A program made the translations under genes and the position numbers. The notes under the pieces are model-generated. The model saw only the letters and a program-made list of their open reading frames with translations. It was not told the DNA's origin and searched no databases. Shown piece by piece: positions 1 to 13,857 of a DNA stretch of 64,000 nucleotides; the stretch's first letter is position 1; each line of letters opens with the position of its first letter. Source of the DNA: Psilocybe cubensis (taxonomy: Eukaryota); the NCBI GenBank assembly GCA_017499595.2, contig CM038999.1:3534001-3598000 (forward strand). Reading direction: 5' to 3'.

Positions 1-3000
1 GGTCCAAGGAGCGCAAAAATCGTATCCTTTGACACCCCCAAGCTAACATCATCCACTACCTGATTCTGCCCAAACTTCTTCGAAATGTTCACAACACGCA
101 ACAGGTCATCCGAGCCCGCAACCGCCTCTGCAGCCGCCATGACGTCCTCCTTGGACGCGGAGGAGGAGGGCGTACCGGACCCAGAGGGCAGCTTGCGCGC
201 GCGGAGACGTCGTGGGGTGCGCGTGCCCGAGTCGACCCAGACGAGGATGGCGAGGAGAATGAAGGCGTAGACGAAGAGGTAGAGGATGGGCCCGCCATAG
301 CGCTTGATTGAGCCCATGGAGGAGGCGTTGACTTCAGTCGTTCCATCGCAGAGTAATGAGAACAGGTTGACGGAGACCAGTGCAGCGCGTGTCTGAAAAC
401 AAAATATTTTAGCAAGACTAGTTGTATCGAGCGACGGAAATACTCACCACACTAGCTACAGGCGCGACGATCGATGTCGAAAAGTGGATGATAGTAGTCA
501 ACCTTGTAGCCTCCGTGACTTTTCCATACGTCAATACCAAAAGGTACGAAGACAAATAAAGCTTCACAAGAAAGAAATTTAGCATATAAATAATAAAATA
601 AAATAGAAGGAAATGAACGTACAATGAACATGACGAATTGGTATCCAGCCACAGCTGCAAAGGCCGCGAGAGGCGTTGCAACCATCAAAGACACACAATA
701 CGCAAACAGCGCCCCAGTGATTCCATACTGCACCATAACAAACCACTGTATAACAACCCACACTCTGTCAGTACATTCTCCAAGCCACCACTAATCCAAA
801 AAGAACAAAAAAGACAAAAAAAACGCACCAAGAACCCAAGCCCATGGAACTGATTCGACGCCGCAGCCGCAAACACAACGGTGATAATCGTCGACAACAC
901 CACCACCGACAGCGTATCGAACATCAAATGGCCTAACCACAGCCCAAGCGGGTTCGTCAGTCCATTCGAGAACTGCATCGCCTGCACCGACGTCCGTCTC
1001 TCCTTCGCGACGTAAAGTGTGTAGAACGCCGGGTATACCGCCTGCAAAAATAATTTTTTTTTAAAAAGGGTGAATTGTGTATCGAATTGTAATCTTTTTC
1101 GTTAGACACGTACCATGACAGCCCCGAAAAATACGATCCAGCGCAGCGACACGAGCGTACCAGCCGCAACAGGCGGGAACGCCGCATAATTCGCCTTAAT
1201 AACCGCCTCTCCCTGCGCACCCCCACCCCCACCCACAGCACTCGCATTCACCGCACGACTATACAACACATTCGTCGCCAAATTCAACATCGTCGGGCCC
1301 GTCAACCCAGGCGGCGTCGCCTCCCACGCAACGAGCGCCGCACCCGTGCTCATATCAAACGACACACCCCCAAGTGAAAAATTCCTATAATTACTCGTAA
1401 TATCCCCCACAAACGTCGCGTTATCCCTCACATCCGTCGTGCGCAGTGCACCAGCGGAAGCTCCGAGCGCCTGACGTATAATACCCGGCGGCTGATTGAG
1501 TACGCGGGACGACGGGCCGAAGGTGAAGCTGCTGAGGAGGATGGGGGAGTCTGGGAAGAATAGGGGGATAGAGACGGGCGTATCGAAGCGGCGCACGCAC
1601 GACTGCTGTTTGTGCCGGATGAAGACGAGGGGGATGCACGCGCCCGCGACGGCGAGGAGGACGGTGAGGAAGGGCGTGAGCCAGCTGCGCCGCGCGATGA
1701 GCCATCGTTTGTAAAAGACCGTCTGCGCCTGTTTGTACGCGTGCACCGGGCGGCCTGTTGGTAAGTCGATGATGTGCGAGTCTAGTGCTGCTCCTGGTCC
1801 CGATGCTTTCAGAGAGATTCCGGGCGGAGGCGGAGATGGTGTGACTGTGCCCCGCGACGTCTTTTCCTCGTCCTGCTCCGCCGCACTTGCACTTGCACTT
1901 GCACTTGCTCCTGCGCCCGTGGCGGATACGGCATCGTTCTTATTCATCAAATCCAAAAATATATCCTCAATCGTCGTGCCGAGGATATCATACCCAACCA
2001 CCGCGCCCACGCGCATCTCCTCATCCAACAAGTCCGTCACCTGTCTAATAACCTTACTATCCCTCGTTTTAAGATGATAAACCACATGCGCGGGGTCAGG
2101 CGAGGTAGTGTACATCTGCGGCGCGATAGCGGAGATTTTGTGGAACAGCGCGTCGGCGGGGGACGTCTTTTCGGCATCGGCATTGGCGGTGTGCAAAGAG
2201 GGAAAAGCGACCTGCATAGAATACCCCTCTCCCAAATCGCGCTTGAGCGCAACAGGCGGGCCGGACGCGACGACTTTTCCAGGTGCAGCGAGGATCGCGA
2301 TATAGTCCGCCAACAGATCCGCCTCGTCCAAAAACTGCCCAATATTCAAAGTTAGGTTGAGTTCACCGAATAATAGCAAGAAAGGGCGGACGTACGTGGG
2401 TTGTGAAGACTATACTCCTGTCCTCGCGGAACGCCGTCAGAGTCTTCCACAGCGCGCGTCTACTGAGCGGGTCCACGCCCGACGTACACTCATCCACCAA
2501 AACAACTGCAAAAAAAAGTCAACCATCAACACCAACCTCTCCCAACAAAAAAAAAACAACCAAAAACCAAGAAAAAAAACACGCACTCTTCGACCCCCCA
2601 AGCAACCCAACAGCCAACTGCAACTTCCTCTTCTGTCCCCCCGAAAGCGTATCCGCATTCGCATGTACCTTCCTCCCAAGATCACAATCCCTCAGCAACT
2701 GCTCCAAATCCTCACCCTCATCCGAATGCTCAGACCACTTGACGGCGCGCCAGACGCGGAGCGTTTGGAGGCATGTGAGTTCGGGGAAGAGGACGTTTTT
2801 TTGTGGGACGATGCCGAGTGTGCCGCGGGGTGGGAGGGTGGTTTGTGTGTAGGTGGTTGTGGTGGTGGTGGTTGAGGAGGAGGAGGGGGAGGGGGAAGGG
2901 GAGGGGACGGAAAATGTGACGCTCCCGCTTGTAGGACTTGACAATCCCGCAATAACAGACAACGAAGTCGACTTTCCAGCTCTACAATAATAATAATAAC

Positions 3001-5477
3001 AACACAAATAACATAAAAATCAGCATCAAATCTTCATCCAAAATCCACGCATACATTGCGAAAATTACACAGAATACAGAATGACAGAATGACAAGGAAA
3101 GAGGGGAAAAAGCACGCACCCATTCGAACCCAACAACACAAATATCCCCGTACGCGGCACATCAAGGCTAAGCTCTCGAACAGCCGTGACCTCGCCCTTC
3201 TTCGACCCAAGTCCAAACCACCGCGTCGTCTTGTACGTCTTTGTCAGATTTCTAATCGAAATCGCGGTGTTTTCGGCAATTGGCGGGTGTTCGGGTGTTG
3301 ATGATGATGATGATGACGAGGAGGGCGTTCTTTGCCAGAATTTATAGAATGGTCGACGGGAGGGGGAGGGGGAGGAAGAGGGACCGCGACGCGCATCGTA
3401 CAAGTGCCGTTCGAGGAGGACAGCAAGATACGGCCACAAGAAAATATCAATCTACCAAAAAGCAAAAAAAAAGGCAATCGTCCAGTTAATCTCAACCCAC
3501 CCCCAACCAAAAAATAAAGAACAAAAAGCACGCACCACAGCAGCCAAAAGCAACGGCGCAATCACAATCCCACTCTCCGGATCCGCCTTACCCACCAACG
3601 CCCCAATCTCCCTATTCTCCCACCCACACAGCGCCTTAACCGCAAACACATACCACGCCGGCGGAAAAACCAGCGCAAACACAAACAGCACCCCGCTCCC
3701 ACTCGCCTTTACAACCAACGCCAGTATCGCTAGCACAATCACCCAAAACGTCGTTACAACGGCAGCGAGCTGCGGGGACTTGCCGAAGGGCGCGCAGGTG
3801 AAGAAGGAGTAGGATGCGAGGACGAGGCCGAGGAGGATGTGCATTATTAGGATGAGTCCTGCGGAGGAGGATTTGAAGACTTGGAAGTGCCAGGTTAGGG
3901 AGACGATTATCCATGCGGGGAGGTATGTTAGGGATATGGAGATGTGCCAGGATCTATGGGTGGGTGAGTGGTAGCAGCATGGTAAAGGTGGGTGAGAGGG
4001 GGGAAGAGGGAGACGGTTAGGGGTTAGGGGTAGAAAATTAAAAGCGAAGGAGGGAAAAGACGCACAGAATCCTAGCTGAATCTTTCAACCCCATAGCCTT
4101 CATATGCTCCGTGATCAACGACGCTCGTTCCCCCGCGACCGATCCAGGAAGCTGATACGAGATGCCTACAAACGTCACGAAGCTGCATCGCACACACACA
4201 TGAGTTGCAAGTCGCAAGTCAGCTTGATACCATTCAACGAGGACGACATAACGAAAAAGGGTGTGGGGAGAAGGGGGAATATGGAGAAGAAGAGGGAGAG
4301 CGAGAGAGGGAGGGGGAACGTACAAAGCAAGCACAAGCAAGGACCTAATCCCCCTGATATAACTAAGCCTGATACCCGTCTTCTGCTCCTCGTTCGTCTC
4401 CTGCGTGAACGGCCACTCGAGCGGGACCTGCTGCTCTACACCCGTCTGCAGCTCGATGATCGCCTGTGGATATCACATGAGGTAAGGGTGAAGGTAAGAA
4501 ACAGAAGCAGAAAAGCAGAGAATCAGAGAAGGAGTGAAGGAGTGAAGCAGAGAAACAGAGAAGCCGAGAAAGAGAGGGGGAAAGAGAAAGAGAAAGAACC
4601 AAAAAAAAAAAAAAAAAACGCACCTTATCAATCGCCCACTGCAACGGCAAAATCCTCTTCTCAAAATCACTCGTATGGTGTACAACATCCACAAAACCGA
4701 GCCCCGAATCCGCCGAAATCGTATAATTCACCGCTCTTCCCCCTGCCCCTCCCGCTCCTCCACCCCCGCCCCCGCTGCTACTATTGCTATTGCCGTTACC
4801 GGGCGCAGGCACATCATAAAACACAACAGCCGCAAAGCACTGCGAAAACAAATTAAAATTCTGCGGGCACAACGACGGGATGCTCAGCGGATCCGCGACT
4901 TGGCGCACGGAGGCGCGTTGGGATGGTGTAAAGTCCGCTGTGATACGCTCGATGATCGCGGATGGTGTAGGTGAGGACGCAGAGGAGGAAGAGGAGGAGT
5001 TGGCTGTAGCGTCGGACCAGATGAACGCGAGTTTCGGGTCGAACTGGCTTTGCAGGGATTTTATGGGTACAGGGTCGCCGATGCCGTACTGTCAGGTATT
5101 AGGTTAATCGTCAATATTCAATCGTCAATCATCAATCATCAACACCCTTCGCTTAAAACACCCCACAGATCAAAAAAAGCAAGGGGGAAAAGTTGCACGC
5201 ACATCGTTAAGCCTGTTCAAGAACACCTGCGCGGTCGCCAAAAAAGAGCCATACGCAATCGGGAGAATAAAGCATCTCAGAATCGTCCACTACCCCCCAA
5301 ACCCAAGTCCAAATCCAAATCCAAAGAGAAAAAAACAAAACCAAAACCGGTTAGCCTGCGCCTACGCCGTGAGACATTACCGATCAATGAAAAAAAACAT
5401 ACAAAGGAGTGTTTAGAGAGCACAATCCAATTTTTCCATATCAGCGCGCGGAGCTGCAGCCAGAATATGTTGGCCAT
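1..5477 (-). CDS. ABC transporter, subfamily A (full-size, multi-exon), 3'-truncated by the window edge
   Basis: N-terminus [19 protein letters not shown] is typical of ABCA. NBD1 has Walker A split by an intron (LLGSNG|AGKST), signature LSGGQKRKL, and [13 protein letters not shown]2 begins at the left edge ([18 protein letters not shown]). Confidence 0.95.
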
Positions 5478-7614
5478 GCGGCGGGGGTATGTGTTGGTAT
5501 AGTCGGTATCGGTATATGCGAGGGAAGAGTCAGTTCAGGTATAGTGTGGGGTATGGTATGGATGTGAATATGAATATGTATCAGTGGAGAATCCCTCAAA
5601 TGCGCTGGAGCATAGCCCAACGGGTATCGAGGTCGAAGTCAGCGTCGGAGTCGACGTCAAAGGATGAGAAAACGGAAAATGGAAAAGGGGAAAGGGGAAA
5701 GAGCGTCTGTAGCTGTAGCTGTGCAGCGTACGTGAACGTGAGTCGTGCGTGATATACAAAGTATAAGTATAAGTATAAGTACCAAAAACGAACGGGCGTA
5801 TCAGAAGCAAAGCAACATGAGAAAAACCGGGAAAACAAAACCGACAAAATTCTAATTTTGCTTTTTGCCTGCTTTTGCTTGGGAGGGGGGTGTGCATGGC
5901 TGGTGCATGGCATGGCGTCCTATGGCATGCAGACGATCCCGCAGTCCATCGCTGCCCATCGGCTGGGCAACTTTCCCTTTTTTAGGCATGCACACCCCCT
6001 CCCGCCCCGGCGCCGAGCCTAAAAGGACAACATTTCCCGGCGCCCGCCCTTGCTGCCCCCTCTTGTCTCAAGCTGCCCTGTCTTCTACGTCTGACGTCAG
6101 CCTATTTACAATCACACATCTCCCGGCTCCTTTACGACTTCCTTCCTTCCTTCCACAGTACACGTTAGCTGTTTCCCAACTGCCAGTATCATCCGAATGG
6201 CTGTGCCCTTCCAGCCCGATATCCATCCAACCTTCAAAGATTCAAAGATTCAAACTAACACAACAAGGAGAGGTGTACTTGTCCATTCCATTTACTTACC
6301 GTTAATATCATCACGCAACATTCCCACGCCATGCGTATATTCTACTGTACATCTCTTAGGGGGGCTTGGACGCGTTTTTCAATTTTCTACGTACGCGCGG
6401 GGGGTACGGATCGGCACGCCAAGCCTCTTGCATCATGATCCTTGTGTATTCATCAGGAACTCACTCAGGAGACCCAGGACATAAAAAATCAGAAAATCCG
6501 GGGTTGAGCCAGAGCCAGCACATTCCAGAATCAAAGCAGAAAGACGCGCAGGCAGGCGCAGTCTACACCGCAGTTATTGCGTAACGCACGCCATTGAAAA
6601 CATAGATCATACATCACAGCTAGACAGATACGTCGAGTCTATTGTATTGTACAGTTAAAAGTAGCGCGATAGCCATCTCCGACTCTTGGTTCGAAATCGA
6701 CGCGGACGTTACGCCTGCGCCTGCGCTTGCGCTCGCGCTCAACGTTCAATCGTCAATCGTCAATCGTCAAGTCACCAAGCTCAAACCCAAACCCAAGCTC
6801 AAGCCTCGATCTTCACGGAGAATAGAGATAATAGAGATACACTGCTCATGTATCGTATACCGCCATGGGTCAAAAAAGCTATAGCATATAAGTAACCTAA
6901 ACTTATTTTCTACACCAGACTGCACTTCCTCAATCATCCACCCGATTTCACACAGTCAGACTTCTAATGTACACAATAATATACACATATATTACACAGC
7001 ATGAGAGATACAGAAAGGAGTAGTAGTGACAACACAACGAAACGCAGTGTAAAAAGTAAAAACGTAAAAACCGAAAAGTGAAAAATGAAAACTGAAAACG
7101 GAGAATGGACAACGTGAAACTGCAAGTGAAAGTGCGAGTGCAAGTGCAAGTGCAAAAAGGCAAAGAAAAAAAAAGAAAAGAAAAATCAAAGAAAAAAAAC
7201 CAAATTTTCGAAAACCACTAGCAATAGCAACAGCACGCTGCACCCCTCTCCACCCTATCGCAGCGCATACACGCATACACGCAGACACGCAGACACGCAT
7301 ACACACATATACGCTAACGCTAACGCTAACGCTAACACCGCCAACGACGGTCCTACGCTGCCCGGGCCCGACCTGCGCCCCTTTCACATCATCTCACCCT
7401 CACCCTCACCCTCACATCCAACCCAACTCAACCCAACGCGACGTCGACGTCGACATCAAATTCGACGCGGACACCGATACCGACACCGATACCGTCACCG
7501 ACACGACACCGGCGTTAAACTGGGACTTGGACTTGGAGTTGGAGTTGGAATTAGATTTAGATCCAGCCTCGGACTAGGACTAGGACTCGACACAACCGCA
7601 GCCTTTCCGCAGCT

Positions 7615-8682
7615 TCACCGGATACGCGCCCGCACAGGATACGCGATAGGCATCATCCGCACGCTCGTGCGCTCGGTTTTGCTGTTGGTGCTGTCGATGT
7701 CGATGTCGGTGCTATGGGAAGCAAGCATGACATCGCCCCCTTGTTTTTCGTAGCTTCCGGAGTTCCCGACATTGCCATTGCCATTGTCATTGTCGCGCTC
7801 GCTGGGACTGTCGATATTACTGGGACTGGGACCGGTATTGTCATTATCACTATCACTATCGCGACACCGACACGGTTCCCCCGACTGTGTCGTCCCAGTC
7901 CGCATATCCTTCGCATTCATAATCCCATTCGCAGTCCCATAACCACCGACATCCGTCCATATCCAACCCCCACCCCCACCCCCACCCCCAAGCGCAAGAG
8001 CGCGGGGCCACACAACACCCGGAAAACTATCCACGAACATGCCCCATAAAATAAGAACTAACACAGCGAGAAACAGTGTGCGGAAGAAGCGCGCGCATAC
8101 GGTCGAGCGGCGGTGGTGTGGGTTGTGGTGCGGAGGGGGATTGTGGTGCGGAGGGGGATGAGGGGAGTGTGGGTGATGAGGGGAGTGTGGGTGATGAGGG
8201 GAGTGTGGGTGGTGATGAGGGGGGTGGTGCGGGTGATGATGCGGGGGGCTGTGGTGAGGCAGATGGTGCGGGTCGTGTGTACGGCGCCAGCGCCAGCCCC
8301 AGTGCCAGCGCGATCCCCTGCGGTGCGGGGATTCGTCCCTGTGGTGGTGGCCGTGGTGTCCGTGGCCGTGGCGGTCGTGTCCGTGGTGCCCGTGTCCGTG
8401 TCCGTGGCGACCATGATGGGGATGCGGGTGCGAATGGTGGTGATGCTGCACGCCCACATCCACAGCGCTATACCCAGGCACCGCAAGCGCCGCCGCATAC
8501 GTCGGCGGCGGGAGCGGTGTGGTGGTTGGGGAGTGTGCTAGTGCTAGTAGCGAGCCTTTGAGCGGGGAGCGCTCGGTGGGTGAGCCGGGTGTGCCAGGTG
8601 AGGAGGGGGAAGTGGGGGAGAATGGGGAAAGGGGGGAGGTGGGGGAGAATGTGGAGGGGTCGTCTTCGGGGAGGACGATCAT
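7615..8682 (-). CDS. His/Pro-rich single-pass membrane protein (~355 aa), paralog A
   Basis: Open frame from ATG 8682 (MIVLPEDD). It contains a Ser-Pro tract, PPPTY, His-rich repeats and a hydrophobic segment FFRTLFLAVLVLILWGMFV. A TATA-like element lies at ~8950. Confidence 0.7.
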   Translation of the reverse strand: MIVLPEDDPSTFSPTSPLSPFSPTSPSSPGTPGSPTERSPLKGSLLALAHSPTTTPLPPPTYAAALAVPGYSAVDVGVQHHHHSHPHPHHGRHGHGHGHHGHDRHGHGHHGHHHRDESPHRRGSRWHWGWRWRRTHDPHHLPHHSPPHHHPHHPPHHHPHSPHHPHSPHHPHSPHPPPHHNPPPHHNPHHRRSTVCARFFRTLFLAVLVLILWGMFVDSFPGVVWPRALALGGGGGGGGWIWTDVGGYGTANGIMNAKDMRTGTTQSGEPCRCRDSDSDNDNTGPSPSNIDSPSERDNDNGNGNVGNSGSYEKQGGDVMLASHSTDIDIDSTNSKTERTSVRMMPIAYPVRARIR

Positions 8683-8934
8683 CGTTTTTTGTGGTTGGGT
8701 GAGGGTGAGGGGTGCGGTGAGGGTTTGAGCGGGGTGAGCGTGAGGGTAGGCGCTGGGGCGCTCGGTACGATAGTTGGACGTTGGCCAGTTAGTTAGTTGG
8801 ATGAGGACAATGTAATCCCTCCTCCTCGTCGTTTTGCTCTGAGCCTGATAAGTGATAACACAGCCAAAGGTACCGACAAACTCCTCCAAGTCAGAGTCAG
8901 AGTCAGAGTCCGCTAACCAAGGACTCAAACCTCC

Positions 8935-9075
8935 ATACCTACCTACTACTTATACCTCCATGGATTGATAACACGTATGTATATTAAGCACCATACACAT
9001 ATCCTGTGAGAACCTTGAACTATCCCGTCAATCAGTCATTGACAATCAACCGAAATATGACTCACTGCGTAATTC
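8935..9075 (-). promoter_or_regulatory. Promoter module of His-rich paralog A with TATA-like box and TGACTCA (AP-1/Gcn4-type) site
   Basis: Blocks CTACTTATAC, TCCTGTGAGAAC, TCAATCAGTCA and ATGACTCAC occur in the same order upstream of paralog B (14700-14845). Confidence 0.55.
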
Positions 9076-10068
9076 AACAACTAGGCTCTAGCCGCCCCGG
9101 GATCATGTGGAACCATGTCCATGTACTGCGCGCGCAGTCCCAGTCGCAGTCACGGTACAGAACAGCACCACGCCCGCTTCGCTCATTTGCAGGGTAGATT
9201 TAGATTCGTCGTTGAAGCTTGAAGCTTGAAGCTTGAAGAAGAGGAAGAGTCAAGTTCCTTCGAACGCTGTTAGTTGATACGATTCAGAGTTTTCGTGGAT
9301 CTATGTCATAGTAGAGTAACGAGTTCCAAATCGACGATCGTGGAAATTGGAATACCATCGCGTTTGGCTGGGCTTTCAATTTGGTTTCTTCGCGTTCGCG
9401 TTCGAGTGCTCAGTAAGGTGTACCCCAGTGTCCTAAATCCTGATGATTGAATAGTACTTACAAAAGAAGGACTAAACCTGTAAACTGCACGGGCGATGAA
9501 GTTGAAGTTGAAGTAAATATAGTCAAACAGGCGCATGGTGGCGCGCGCGTGCCAAGTCTCCATCATGATCACAATCTGATTCTGACCTTCTTCGTATTTC
9601 GACCTCAAAAGCTATACCAAAGCCAAAGCGCTTTGTATCGTCGTACACAATTGAATCAATACAGAGTCAATACTAAATAGGCGGTGTCCGACTCGGAATC
9701 TGATTTGAAAATTCTCACACTGCGCTGCGCCGACGTGTTGAACCAGATCTATCATTAATTCGTATCTGTTACATCCAATGCAGCTGAAGCTAGACTATAA
9801 TGAAGATATAACTAAATAAAACAAACAAACTGGAGAAATGAGGGATCAATTTGTAGAGTTAAAAAAAATGCAATAGCGCATGCCCGTTATCATCCTTCCA
9901 GCGCTTTAATGGAACCAGATGAACCAGAAACAGAAAATAATTTCCGAAGCTAAATTCGATTGTATCATCTTTCCTGGTTCAAAATCGGACTCGTGCTCAG
10001 AGTCGCTAGTCAAGTCGGATAGGCAACATAAGGTGAACTATGATCCTTTACTTGAGGTGTATGTGAAG

Positions 10069-12730
10069 TTAAGCCGCAGGCATGTCGAGGTCTTCGAGAC
10101 GCTCCTGGTAGATGGGAGCACCGCTATCCGAGGCTGGCGCTGAAGTTGAGTCCCTCGGGCTCCCAATAGTAGGCACAGACGAATATTCAACGGTCGGGTT
10201 CGCTGCACACGTCTCTTCAAATTGCTCCAACTCCATCACCCCATTACCAAGTGGAACATCCCGCCAAGCTATCTCCGGTAGTCGATGCTGAATGTACTCA
10301 AACCACCCATAAAACCTAGCATGAATAACAGCATAGGCCGGAACAGCATTAACCCGCCCAGCCCTCTGCCTCATCTCCAACGCATGCCGCATTTTAAACC
10401 GCATATCATTCATCAGCCTCGCCAAAACCTTCACAGACGGCTCTAACGCTTCATACAGCGACTCGTCCATTTCATACAGAAAGCAGTCGGATCTCACTTT
10501 GGATAATCGGCCACTTCCACTGGTACGGAAACGGTACCGCCCCCATATCTGCGAAGGCAGATAACGAACGCGACAAGTTATACTCCATAGTAAAAGCCAC
10601 CAGATGGACTCCAAGTCATGTTGGAAGTTATGGATGGCTAGCGGGTTCGCGGTGTGCTTCTTTGCCGGTGAAGGTCGAAAGTATTCGCATGTTATAGTAG
10701 CCATGTCGAATTCGTCTTCGTTGTCTGGAGAAGTGACTATTCTTTCAGATGGATCCTGCACTGAACAAAGTTGATAATGCGCCATAATCTCGTGTGCCAT
10801 AAAAAATGGAGTGCCCTGATGTCGATGACCGACCATAAACACTAAGATATCACAATCATTTGTTCAAGTTGATGTATAGACTTACAATCTGGTGATCTGC
10901 AGCATCAGGGACGTAACCGGCAGGAGGAGGAAACCTCGTAGCATATTCCAAATCCGCCAACTTAGCCTGCCACTGCCCACTAGCAGATTCATGATCATCC
11001 GAACCGTGCGCCAGAATATTTCCAGCGCTAATATCCCGATGGACCCATCCAGCGCACAAGAGAAGTTGCAAGGCTAAGTGAATGTGTACCCATCATCATC
11101 ATAGGGTATAAAAAATAGCGAACTTACGAGTCAGAATTTGCTGTAATACATCCACGACTTCACCTATAGTCCCGAGATCGCCTAGTGCGGTACAAAATTC
11201 TCTGAAAAGAACACGGTATTGTAGTTTTTGCTGGTCACGGTAAGCTCGAGGTGGTGGTGGTACCGGTGTGGGGTACACTTTCAAGTTAGCAGGATTTACG
11301 CTGTAGCGTGCATCCAACAATCCTCTCGTAGACACAGCATCAATCGGAGGATCCGGGGAGACCATTCCACGATAATCAGCTACAATATCAAGAAAATAGT
11401 TCTTATACTCTCCCGTGCTAACAAGTGTAGCATGCAAGTCTTTAAACAATTTAAGAGAAAGGCTATCGCTCTCAGGCGACCTGCCCTGCCAAAAACCCCG
11501 AATATCGTAGAAAATGGCCGATTGCAGCTCGCGCTCAGTCTGTGCTTCTTTGTCGAGCCAAATGTCCTTCAATACAAAGCGTGGTGGATCTTTTTTCCCA
11601 GTGTCGAGTTCTTTGACGAGCAGGATACGCGTCATCCGACCCGTAATATTGTTCAAACGATACTCAGAAATCGTTTCGACAGTGCGAAAACGCCGAGATT
11701 GGGCGTTGAGTGTGTCGCCTGGAAGCATGGGGATGGTGAATATGTAACGATGGTCCGCAGTCGTGTCTAAAGTCACATTGGGATCGTATCCCAGTTGTTC
11801 GGGTGTGCTGAACATGAATGAGATGAATATTTGGATGAGTGTGGTTGGGTCCTATTATGTGTAAGTTTCATGTTAGTTAACAATAGCGACAAACCCTCGA
11901 GAGAGAGAGAGAGAGGGAGGGAGGGAGAGAGAGAGATTTTACCTCGACAAAGCTGAATCGATGAGAAGCAGCCGAATGGGATCGGCAATGATACCACAAC
12001 GTCGCTAAGTCACCCTCAATTGTGATCTAAAAAGCAAATCATTATCGAACAATTCCGCAGATTGGATTGGATTGGAGTTGTTGAAGTGAGAATTTCACTA
12101 GAAGTTACTACTTACGCCGAAAGTAAACATCCAACGAAGATCCTTGTTCATGATTTGAACGTTCGTTGAGACTAACTGGATGTTGTTCTAGTGGCACCAG
12201 CACAGAGAAACAGAGAAAAAAATCAGCATACCCATTGTACTACAGAGGCAAGTAGGTAAAGGCCCACCTTTATTCTGTCATTCCCATCGAGCTTGAATTG
12301 CATAGGGACGACTATACCACTCATCGATAGTCGCTTTGTATCAGGACCATCTGACGTGAAGCAAGCGCCGTTCCTCTCAACATCCGAAGTCAAAGTATTC
12401 GACGAGCAATCACAATAGCGAAAATCGTTCCTTGCAGGACTGTTCCCGGCAAACCTATATTCACCAATCGCATTTGCAATCTCCCTGCTCCGCAGACCTT
12501 CCCCTTCCCCAAGCTATATTAGCCGTCTGCCTAGGAAACTTTGTAAATTGTAATGGATCCTCAACAATCAGTTCTTTCCGCTTCAGAATATCTTTTACCC
12601 CATCCAGATCAGCTTGAGAAGCGACGAAGGGGAGATAAGAATTGATAAAGTCCTGCACGCTACAGACGATAATTTCCTTGTCCATCTCTCGGGCTATCCG
12701 ATTCCTAGTGCGATTTGCTGGGATGCTCAT
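10069..12730 (-). CDS. Fungal-type protein kinase (FunK1 / Pkinase_fungal), possibly frameshifted in its first exon
   Basis: Motifs ITIEGDLATLWYHCRSHS, EQLGYDP, VLKDIW, GWVHRDISAGNIL, AKLADLEYA, GTPFFMAHEI and HNFQHDLESIWW, joined by GT-AG introns. Confidence 0.88.
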
Positions 12731-13423
12731 GCTTTTGTGCTCTTAAAGACGCGTTGGCGAGGCGGGTGAGAGTGCGAGGGGTTTGGGATGTTCTAAGCTA
12801 GGAGTTAGGGATTTCTGATGTTTGATGTAAGAAAACACCGTCGGGGCACGGGGCACGGGCACGGGGGTTGGTTGGGGGCTCACATATGGAGTGCCACCAG
12901 CGGCGGCGAAGCTTGCAACTTGCAACTTGAACTTGGGGCGCGTTTGAGTGGGTTATGCTGTTTGTATGATTGAGGTGATACGGTGATGAAGTTATGCCAC
13001 AGGAATCTAGCACATCTCAAGTTATATAGTTTCGGGAGACGTGACGTTGCTAATTTCCCCAATCGCGACGCGCGAGTCAAAGTTCAACGACACGTGGGGG
13101 CGTCATCAAATTCCCACGACTGGCCCATTGGCTTCCCGCTTAAGACTCCGCTTGACATCGCATTGACTTAGTTAGACTTTAGTTCTTCCCTTTCCGTTTT
13201 CTATTCTGGCGTGAGTTGTTTATTGTGGTCTTTAATCAGAGATAACGAGGTCCGTCGTGATAGATAGTCACACACACAACGAGCAACTGTCGAAGAAGAA
13301 AAAGACATTTTTTTACTGTATTTTAGAAAATAAATATAGGATACTTGTATATCACAGTGCACACAGTGCAGCATCAGCATCAGTGCGATATTGCGAAACG
13401 CAGGCGGCTGTGCGGGGACAGGC

Positions 13424-13457
<34 letters not shown>

Positions 13458-13857
13458 AACTGGAAACTGGATAGTGACCTTCATACCCCAGGCCAAAGGT
13501 CAAGCCAACACGAAGGTACAAACAAGTGAAAAACAGCAGAGAAAGGAAAGGAAATGAAAAGAAGCAAGAAAAAGAAAGCACAAATCGTCAATATCAATCT
13601 TATCCGGAACACTGAAACACTGAAACACTGGACACTGGAATATATGTACACGCTGCGATTCAGAACGTGCGACTCGCTACGCGTCCATCTCAACGTCGTC
13701 ACCGACACCTGCATCCCCAACGGCATTAGCGTCGGCGTCGGCGTCCCCAACAGCCCACGGCCCCACCACGATCACCCGCCACACAACCACTCCACCCCAC
13801 CGCATAGATACTTAACGATTTATCAACCTATCCGGAAACGTAAATCACGAAATGCTG

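Noticed and set aside
4016..4033. Telomere-like TTAGGGG repeats (also CTAAC runs at 17416-17453)
   Set aside because: Only 2-3 units, inside introns where CTAAC branch-site motifs are expected. Slippage explains them.
8058..8561. Long alternative-frame and antisense Val-, Thr- or Gly-rich ORFs over the His-rich genes (also 13845-14567 and 13939-14475)
   Set aside because: CAC/GTG repeats are stop-poor in all frames. Only the His frame keeps paralog-conserved motifs.
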